NCBI GenBank assembly: GCA_966696705.1 | Contig: CBKZPU010000008.1 | Span: 22,859 to 54,858, forward strand | Reading direction: 5' to 3' | Length of the DNA stretch: 32,000 nt | DNA from: an uncultured Verrucomicrobiaceae bacterium | Lineage (GTDB): Bacteria; Verrucomicrobiota; Verrucomicrobiia; Verrucomicrobiales; Akkermansiaceae | The notes under the pieces: generated by a model | The model's input: only the letters and a program-made list of their open reading frames with translations | Database searches by the model: none | What the model was told of the DNA's origin: nothing | Shown: positions 25,946 through 32,000 of the stretch, piece after piece | How positions within the stretch are numbered: position 1 is the first letter of the stretch | Layout: every line of letters starts with the position of its first letter | Program-made: the position numbers and the translations under genes

Positions 25946-27058
25946 TTACCTGCGATCGGCCAAGGTCTGCGCCGCCGTCGCGTAGGCGAGCGAGGAAAGG
26001 CCATTCGCCTCGGTGACGGTGCGGACGTGAGTGGCGTCGCGAATCGCGTGGATCTGGTCCCGCAGCAAGTCGCGCAGCATCTGGCCGTAGAGATCGAACT
26101 TCGGCAGGGCCGGCTGCTCGGTGAGCTTCACGCGCAGGTCCACCACGCGGGGCCGGTGGCGGCTGGTGGCCTGCCGCTCGGGCTCTGCGTATCGCTCCAC
26201 CACCTCGATTTTCGCGCCGGGGAGCAAGGCGATCAGCGCTTCCAGCCCCGCCTCGCTCAAGGTGGCATCGAGGTCGAGCCGGGTGGGCACCCACTCCCGC
26301 ATGCGGAGCGTGCCTTGCTCGAAGACGATCAGCCAGGCCTGCTGGTCGCGACGCAGCATCTGGTGGAAGCCGTGATACATGTGGGCCAAGGTGGTGTCGC
26401 CGTAGTTCACCGCGCACTGGACTTGGTCGATGATCTGTGTCCCGGGACGCGGCAGTTGTTGCGCGGCCAGCACTTCGCCACCGCCGAACCACCATTCGAA
26501 GAGGTCGAAGAAATGCACGCCGTGCTCGATGAAGATGCCGCCGCTTTTCTCCGGATCCCAGAACCAGTGATCGGCTCCCAGCGTTTCATCTTGGGCGGCA
26601 TTGACCAGCAAGGCATGCAACGGGTCGCCGAGGATGCGCGACTCCACCAGCGATTTCACGACTTGGCAGAGCGGGTTGTAGCGCATGATCAGGTTCACCG
26701 CGAGGATGCGCCCGCACTCGGCGGCGAGGCGAACCAGGCGCTCCGCGTCGATCATGGTGGTGGCGAGGGGCTTCTCGCAGAGCACGTGAAAGCCCGCCTC
26801 GAGCGCGGCGGTGGCGAGACCCGCGTGGGTGAATGGCGGCGTGGCCAAGTGGACGAGGTCGATGTCCGAACGATCGAGCAGTTCTTTGGGCGAGGCGCAG
26901 GCATGTACTTGGAAGGCCTCTCCGGTCTTCGCCGCGAGATCCGGTTGGTGATCGGCCACGGCCACGCAGACGACTTCCTCCATCCGGGAATACTCTTTCA
27001 GGCAAAATCGGCCGAATCCACCGCAGCCGATCAAGCCGTAACGCAGGGGCGGATGCAT
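25946..27058 (-). CDS. Gfo/Idh/MocA-family NAD(P)-dependent oxidoreductase
   Basis: N-terminal Rossmann motif YGLIGCGGFGRF and EKP motif VLCEKPLA. 370 aa, ATG at 27056-27058. Confidence 0.9.
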   Translation of the reverse strand: MHPPLRYGLIGCGGFGRFCLKEYSRMEEVVCVAVADHQPDLAAKTGEAFQVHACASPKELLDRSDIDLVHLATPPFTHAGLATAALEAGFHVLCEKPLATTMIDAERLVRLAAECGRILAVNLIMRYNPLCQVVKSLVESRILGDPLHALLVNAAQDETLGADHWFWDPEKSGGIFIEHGVHFFDLFEWWFGGGEVLAAQQLPRPGTQIIDQVQCAVNYGDTTLAHMYHGFHQMLRRDQQAWLIVFEQGTLRMREWVPTRLDLDATLSEAGLEALIALLPGAKIEVVERYAEPERQATSRHRPRVVDLRVKLTEQPALPKFDLYGQMLRDLLRDQIHAIRDATHVRTVTEANGLSSLAYATAAQTLADRR

Positions 27059-27158
27059 GGGAGTTCTTCGCGAGGAGTGTGCCAGCCGGCTTGCGGAAGC
27101 GATCTCTTTGAGGTCTCGTCACCTGCTCATGGGGCTGGCACGCGGGTTGCCGGGTAAA

Positions 27159-27506
27159 ATGGACGCCATGAAGTTCTTCATTCCCTTTGCCCGCGATGAT
27201 GGAGCCGCCGAGCTGATCTACCGCACGGTGGCGAGGCGTTGTGTGGAAAACAGTGGCATCCAGTTGACTCCGGATCGTGTCTTCGCCGTGCGTTATCGTT
27301 TCCGGGAAAGCGAGTATCTCGCGCAGGTGGGAATTTCGCATCCTCCGGGCGAGCCGGAGGTGGTGATTTGCATTCTGGCCTCCGAGGTGGCGTTCTTCAT
27401 TTGCACCCGGATGCATGGCGTGAACTACGGAACGCCGATGATCATTCCCCGCAATCTCGTCTCGGATGTCGAATACTTCAATGGCGTCTGTGACGAGATC
27501 GCTTGA
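27159..27506 (+). CDS. Small hypothetical cytoplasmic protein (about 115 aa)
   Basis: ATG 27159 (or 27168, MKFFIPFARDDGAAELIYRTV...). GC3 is about 65%. No TM segment, no family name recognised. It sits upstream of the UdgX-like gene. Confidence 0.5.
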   Translation: MDAMKFFIPFARDDGAAELIYRTVARRCVENSGIQLTPDRVFAVRYRFRESEYLAQVGISHPPGEPEVVICILASEVAFFICTRMHGVNYGTPMIIPRNLVSDVEYFNGVCDEIA

Positions 27507-27552
27507 GCGGCGTTCTGCAAACCGGGAATGCCGCATGCAACGAGGAGGAGCC

Positions 27553-28173
27553 ATGAAAGCAGGTCTCCAGCGGCCGACAGCGGTTCCTGAAGAAGGAAGC
27601 TTGGCCAAGCTGCGGCGCGCGGCCGACGGCTGCCGCAACTGCCCGCTCTGGCAGCGGGCCACCCAAACGGTGTTTGGCGCAGGTTCCAGCAAGGCGAAGT
27701 TGGTGATCGTGGGAGAGCAACCTGGCGACCGCGAGGATCTTTCCGGCAAGCCCTTCATCGGGCCCGCGGGAAAGCTTTTGGATCGCGCACTGGCGGAGGC
27801 CGGCATCGAGCGCTCGAAGGTGTGGCTGACCAACGCGGTGAAACATTTCAAATGGCAGCCGCGGGGAAAGGTGCGATTGCACCAGAAGCCTTCCGCGGGC
27901 GAGATCGAGGCGTGCAAGCCATGGTTGCTCGGCGAGTTGAACCGCCTTGGCCCTGAGGTTCTCATTCTCCTCGGAGCCACGGCCGCGCGTTCTTTGCTTG
28001 GTCCGGGCGTCAAGGTTATGGCATCGCGCGGAGTGGTGGAGGCACCGTCGCTGGCTCCGCTCGTGGTGCTCACCGTTCATCCTTCCTCACTGCTGCGCAT
28101 TCGCGATTCCGAGGCGCGGGATGCTGCCTACCGGACTTTCGTCAACGATCTGGCAAGGGCGGTGGCGCGGTAA
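27553..28173 (+). CDS. Family-4-related uracil-DNA glycosylase of the UdgX type (206 aa)
   Basis: ATG 27553 is preceded by GGAGGAG. Motifs: Fe-S Cys motif CRNCPLW, motif A GEQPGD (27712-27726, versus GEAPG in classic family 4), NAVKHFKW, loop GKVRLH (27868-27882, corresponding to the UdgX KRRIH loop with the His retained), and TVHPSSLLR. Confidence 0.85.
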   Translation: MKAGLQRPTAVPEEGSLAKLRRAADGCRNCPLWQRATQTVFGAGSSKAKLVIVGEQPGDREDLSGKPFIGPAGKLLDRALAEAGIERSKVWLTNAVKHFKWQPRGKVRLHQKPSAGEIEACKPWLLGELNRLGPEVLILLGATAARSLLGPGVKVMASRGVVEAPSLAPLVVLTVHPSSLLRIRDSEARDAAYRTFVNDLARAVAR

Positions 28174-28214
28174 CGGAGACACCGATGGCGCGACTCCTGC
28201 GAGGGGGAGCATCC

Positions 28215-29102
28215 ATGGGAAACAAATCCAAGGACGAGTGTGACGAGCAGCCGCAGCGACCTGAACAATCGCAGTCCCATCAGCCGGGCCGGGAGACCGA
28301 GATGAGGCCGGCTCCCAAGTATGAACACCCGGCCTTGAAAGGCAGTGGACGCCTTCAGGACAGGGTCGCGCTCGTGACGGGCGGCGATTCGGGGATCGGT
28401 CGTGCCGTGGCCGTGGCATTCGCGCGGGAAGGTGCGGATGTCGTCATCGTCTATCTTGAGGAAGAGGAAGACGCGCGCGAGACCTCGCGACTGGTCGAGG
28501 AGAAGGGGAGGCGCTGCCTGCTTCATTGCTGCGACATCGGCCGGAAGAGCGAGTGCGAGGAGGCAGTCCAAGCGGCGATCGATGCGTTCGGGCGGCTCGA
28601 CATCCTCGTGAACAACGCCGCCGAGCAGCACCCGCGTCCCTCGATCACGGAGATCCGCGAAGAGCAATTGGAACGGACGTTTCGCACCAACCTTTACTCG
28701 ATGTTTTTCCTGACGGCGGCGGGGTTGCCTCACCTTGAGGCGTCACCGTGTCCCGCCATCATCAACACGACCTCCGTGACCGCTTACCGGGGAAGCCCCA
28801 AGCTGCTCGATTACTCCGCGTCGAAAGGGGCGATCGTGAGCTTCACCCGGTCGCTCGCAGGCCAACTGGCCGATCGCAAGATTCGGGTGAATGCGGTGGC
28901 TCCCGGGCCGATCTGGACGCCCTTGATTCCGGCGACCTTTCCTCCGGACGAAGTCGCCACCTTCGGTTCCGATTCGCCGCTCGGCCGGGCAGGGGAGCCG
29001 TGGGAGTGCGCGGAGTGCTACGTCTTTCTCGCCAGCGAGGCGGCCAGCTACATGACGGGACAAGTCCTGCACCCGAACGGCGGGGAGATCATCAATGGGT
29101 AG
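28215..29102 (+). CDS. SDR-family oxidoreductase, YghA/YdaD general-stress-type
   Basis: ATG 28215 is preceded by GGGGGAG. A hydrophilic N-terminal extension (...QPGRETEMRPAPKYEHPALKGSGRL) is followed by VALVTGGDSGIGRAVA, NNAA and YSASKGA. Confidence 0.9.
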   Translation: MGNKSKDECDEQPQRPEQSQSHQPGRETEMRPAPKYEHPALKGSGRLQDRVALVTGGDSGIGRAVAVAFAREGADVVIVYLEEEEDARETSRLVEEKGRRCLLHCCDIGRKSECEEAVQAAIDAFGRLDILVNNAAEQHPRPSITEIREEQLERTFRTNLYSMFFLTAAGLPHLEASPCPAIINTTSVTAYRGSPKLLDYSASKGAIVSFTRSLAGQLADRKIRVNAVAPGPIWTPLIPATFPPDEVATFGSDSPLGRAGEPWECAECYVFLASEAASYMTGQVLHPNGGEIING

Positions 29103-29123
29103 CCGGTTGCTTGGGCGGACCCC

Positions 29124-29381
29124 TCACTTCTCCACCGGCAGGCGGTTGGCGAGAACCTTTCGCGAAGCCATCCGGGCAATCCCGCCCAAGGCTCCCGCGA
29201 GTGCGGTCCATAGAATCGCGTGCTTCCAGCTGACCATCGGTACGGCGGGATTCCGCGGGGGTGGGCGACCGGTCATGCTCCTGAATCCGCTCGCGGCCAA
29301 GCGCCGGGTGGATCGGTCGGCCAGAGCCGGCAATGCCAAGGCGACGGCTTTCAACAGGTAATGTTTGGTCTGGGCTTTCAT
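29124..29381 (-). CDS. Small membrane-associated protein, DUF4235-like (85 aa)
   Basis: The pattern ...SMTGRPPPRNPAVPMVSWKHAILWTALAGALGGIARMASRK resembles the DUF4235 consensus (TG..PP.NP....W..A..WA..SG..G) as I recall it. It lies 13 nt downstream of the FAD-Rieske gene. Confidence 0.6.
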   Translation of the reverse strand: MKAQTKHYLLKAVALALPALADRSTRRLAASGFRSMTGRPPPRNPAVPMVSWKHAILWTALAGALGGIARMASRKVLANRLPVEK

Positions 29382-29394
29382 CGGCGGAAAGACG

Positions 29395-30948
29395 TCATGC
29401 TTCGTGAGGGGAAAGCTCTTTCAGGTCGGACTCGGCAGGACCGGCGATGACCTTGCCGTGGGCGGCGAAACGCGAACCGTGGCAGGGGCAGTCCCATGTC
29501 TGCTCCGCCGGATTCCACGCGACGATGCATCCAAGATGCGGACAGACCGCGCTGCACAGGTGAAGCTCACCTTGGGGATCCCGATACGCTGCGATGCGCT
29601 CGCCATCGTATTCCATGACCTCGCCTTCGCCCGACTTGAGGCGCCCGGGGTCTCCCTCGGGAGTCTTGATGCGATCCCGGACCATGTGGACGGGGTAGTC
29701 GGCATTCTCCTTGAGATACTCTTTGATGGAAGGAGCCGACTTGCGGCCGGGCCGGAAAACTTCGGTCCACGGATGGACGATGCCCTTCACCCAATCGCGC
29801 GCCATGATCGCGGCGGCAGTTCCGAAGGTGTAACCATTGCCGGAGAAGCCGGTGGCGATGAATTGGTTCTCCGCCGACTCACCGATGAATGGCAGGCCAT
29901 CCACGGTTTCCACCACTTGTCCGCTCCAGCGATGGGTCACGACTGCCTCTGGTAGCCACCGGGCAAGCCATTGCTCGAGCCGGGTGAAGCGAGCGGCAGT
30001 ATCGGCCTCTTGGCCGGTCTTGTGGTCTTCTCCTCCGAAAATGGCGAGGCCGCTGTCCCCGAGTTTCTCCATGCGGAGATAGCGGAAGGGATCGGCCGTG
30101 TCCGACCAGATGAGTTCTTTCACTTGGGCCGCCGGAATCCTGGCAGCAACGGCGTAGCTGGAATAGAGAGCGAGTTTTGTCTGGAAAAAGGCCGCTCCCA
30201 AGGTGTTCGCCGAACCTTGCAGGGGCACATGGGTGGCGATCACCACTTTCCGATAGCGAAGGTTGTGGTCGGCGGCCGTCACCCGTCGTGGCTCGTCTTC
30301 AAAGCCGTCCACCTCCGTGTTCTCGAAGATCTTGGCACCGTGGTTGACTGCATCCCTCGCCAAGGCATGCAGATACTTGAGGGGATGAAACTTCATCTGG
30401 TCGGGAAAGCGGATGGCCGTGCTCCCGGTGATGGGATTCACGCCGTCGATCCCGACATCGAATCCAAGCTCGCGGATCAGGTCCGCTTCCTGGCGCAATG
30501 AGACGCCTTCGAGGCTTTGGTCGGCCTCCTCGGCCGCGGCCAGATAGCCCGGCACGAGACCCAATCCACAATCGATGGAGAGTGACTCGACCGCGTCCCG
30601 GATCAACACCATCGCCTCCTTTCCCGCCTGCCACGCCAACTGCGCCTGCTTGCGGCTGAAGGTGGCGATCAATTCGGACAAACGGGTGTCCGTCATGTAG
30701 GTCAGGTGGGCGGTGGTATGGCCGGAATCGCGCGCCCCGATCGTCTCTCGCTCCACGAGGGTCACATGCCGTCCCTCGCGAGCCAGCAGCCACGCAGTAG
30801 TCACTCCGGTGATCCCGCCTCCGATCACCAGTATCTCGGTTTCAATGTCCTCCGCCAGTGGGGGAAAGGCGGCCTCGACGGGTGGGTCCAGCCAGTAGGG
30901 CCGGCTCGCGGAGGTCGCCGGGATCACGGTCTCCTTCATGAAATCCAC
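29395..30948 (-). CDS. FAD-dependent oxidoreductase (DAO family) fused to a C-terminal Rieske [2Fe-2S] domain
   Basis: N-terminal ILVIGGGITGVTTAWLLAREG. C-terminal Rieske ligands CPHLGC ... CPCHGS. Start is either GTG 30948 or ATG 30939. Confidence 0.9.
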   Translation of the reverse strand: MDFMKETVIPATSASRPYWLDPPVEAAFPPLAEDIETEILVIGGGITGVTTAWLLAREGRHVTLVERETIGARDSGHTTAHLTYMTDTRLSELIATFSRKQAQLAWQAGKEAMVLIRDAVESLSIDCGLGLVPGYLAAAEEADQSLEGVSLRQEADLIRELGFDVGIDGVNPITGSTAIRFPDQMKFHPLKYLHALARDAVNHGAKIFENTEVDGFEDEPRRVTAADHNLRYRKVVIATHVPLQGSANTLGAAFFQTKLALYSSYAVAARIPAAQVKELIWSDTADPFRYLRMEKLGDSGLAIFGGEDHKTGQEADTAARFTRLEQWLARWLPEAVVTHRWSGQVVETVDGLPFIGESAENQFIATGFSGNGYTFGTAAAIMARDWVKGIVHPWTEVFRPGRKSAPSIKEYLKENADYPVHMVRDRIKTPEGDPGRLKSGEGEVMEYDGERIAAYRDPQGELHLCSAVCPHLGCIVAWNPAEQTWDCPCHGSRFAAHGKVIAGPAESDLKELSPHEA

Positions 30949-31046
30949 TTTCGCAGGGGGCGTGCCATCGAAGCCCTTCCGTCACAGCGAGGAAGGAGCG
31001 TCGCCCGTGGTTGCAGAATGTCGGAACGGCGTGCATCCCGCCCGTT

Positions 31047-31781
31047 TCAGATGATCTGCAAGTGGGGACGCATTTGCAGCTCGATCACGTCGCAACGCGC
31101 TGGCTGGCCCGCCACCAAAAGAATGGCGCGGGCTACATCCTCCGCCTGTAGCATTTTGAGAGACTTTTGCATGGCGCGTTGCTGCTCGCTGGTCTCGTCC
31201 ACCATGTCGGTTCCGATCGTGCCGGGTTCGATCAGGCAGATGCGGATGCCGAGCGGATTCGCCTCCTTGCGCAGCGAGCGGGCGAATCCGCGAATGCCCG
31301 CTTTCGTGGCCACGTAAACCGCAGCTTCTTCCTCGGCGATCTCCGCGCTCATCGAACCAGTCATGATGATCTGGCCGCCGCTCCCTTGCATCCGCCGGAT
31401 CGATTCCAGCGAGCACCCGACGTAGGAAAGGAGGTTCACGTTGATCACCTCGCGGCAGTCTTCATGCGACATCGAGGTCAACAGGCCGTGGGCACCAAGA
31501 CCGGCGTTGAGAACGGCGATGTCGAGTCCCCCAAGCCAATCGTCGGACCCGTTGAAGAGGGCCTCGATGCCGTCCGGCTTGCCGAGGTCAACGGCGATGC
31601 CGCCGATCTCCGCGCCTTGCTGCCGGCCGGCGTCGATCGCGTCGGCCACGTGTTGCCTGTCGCGACCGCAGATGAAAACACGACAGCCTTGGGCGGCGAA
31701 CATCAGGGCGGTCGCACGTCCCACACCGGTCGATCCGCCGGTGATCAGGACTCGGTTTCCCTCCAGCGATTCAAGCTCCAT
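31047..31781 (-). CDS. SDR-family oxidoreductase
   Basis: VLITGGSTGVGRA, LNAGLG, YVATKAG. The start at ATG 31781 (MELESLEGNRVLITGG) is preferred; the track ORF extends to 31829 and another ATG lies at 31796. Confidence 0.88.
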   Translation of the reverse strand: MELESLEGNRVLITGGSTGVGRATALMFAAQGCRVFICGRDRQHVADAIDAGRQQGAEIGGIAVDLGKPDGIEALFNGSDDWLGGLDIAVLNAGLGAHGLLTSMSHEDCREVINVNLLSYVGCSLESIRRMQGSGGQIIMTGSMSAEIAEEEAAVYVATKAGIRGFARSLRKEANPLGIRICLIEPGTIGTDMVDETSEQQRAMQKSLKMLQAEDVARAILLVAGQPARCDVIELQMRPHLQII

Positions 31782-31887
31782 GAAATGCCGATCCATGCAT
31801 GTTGGTTCGCTCGCGGCGTGCCAGATCACGGACGGCCATTGTCCCGGCTGCCCTATGCCGACCGGTCGCGGGTTCCCGGTGCATGCA

Positions 31888-31914
31888 CCGCGGCCGGTTT
31901 GGGGCCGGCCGCGG
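31888..31914. repeat. GC-rich perfect 10-bp inverted repeat (stable hairpin), function unknown
   Basis: CCGCGGCCGG (31888-31897), loop TTTGGGG, CCGGCCGCGG (31905-31914). There is no U-tract on either strand. It lies upstream of the SDR gene. Confidence 0.5.
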
Positions 31915-32000
31915 GCATTGCTACCATGATGGACACATTCTGCCTGGAAAGAGGAGGTGCCCGCAGCTCCCCCCCAGGACCACGGGCACCGAATGCGTTT

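Noticed and set aside
26586-28073. 495-aa minus-strand ORF spanning the Gfo/Idh/MocA start, the small ORF and the UdgX-like gene
   Set aside because: It crosses three independently supported genes and two intergenic regions. The sequence is R/S/P-rich with no motif, so it is a shadow ORF.

Overview
High-GC (roughly 63-66% by eye), gene-dense bacterial chromosomal window from a diderm; the phylum cannot be determined from the sequence alone. I support about 28 CDS. I saw no rRNA, tRNA, CRISPR array, transposase, integrase or phage gene. Most of the content is ordinary core genome. It includes a truncated DadA-like FAD oxidoreductase, secA and an SDR. It also holds a four-gene Mn/Fe-type metal ABC importer (SBP, ATPase, two permeases) preceded by an outer-membrane beta-barrel gene, and a HAD hydrolase. 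Further on are a GT28 (MGDG-synthase/UgtP-like) glycosyltransferase divergent from a membrane-anchored hypothetical plus a 5-TM LtaS/YejM-type sulfatase-fold protein, an ABC ATPase with no adjacent permease, and sucA-sucB. These are followed by a UbiB/ABC1 kinase coupled to an isochorismatase-family hydrolase, a Gfo/Idh/MocA oxidoreductase, and a stress-like block (UdgX-like uracil-DNA glycosylase, YghA-like SDR, DUF4235-like protein, FAD-Rieske fusion, SDR). The best candidate for something undescribed is an autonomous, ATGA-coupled two-gene unit at 20823-22783: an SPFH/band-7 protein without a TM segment, plus a divergent NAD-kinase-fold protein whose GGDG motif reads GQDG. Immediately downstream is a lower-GC 0.95-kb islet (22784-23729) with a small ATGA-coupled ORF pair of unknown family and inverted repeats. 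Other points worth a second look are a shared AT-rich palindromic box in front of the OMP and SBP genes (putative metalloregulator operator), a SucB with two lipoyl domains but no recognisable E3-binding domain and no lpd downstream, and the UdgX-type glycosylase. No canonical defence hallmarks (nucleases, helicases, TIR, STAND, RT, Cas) are visible, so the window may simply be ordinary. All functional calls rest on motif recognition by eye, not on database searches.
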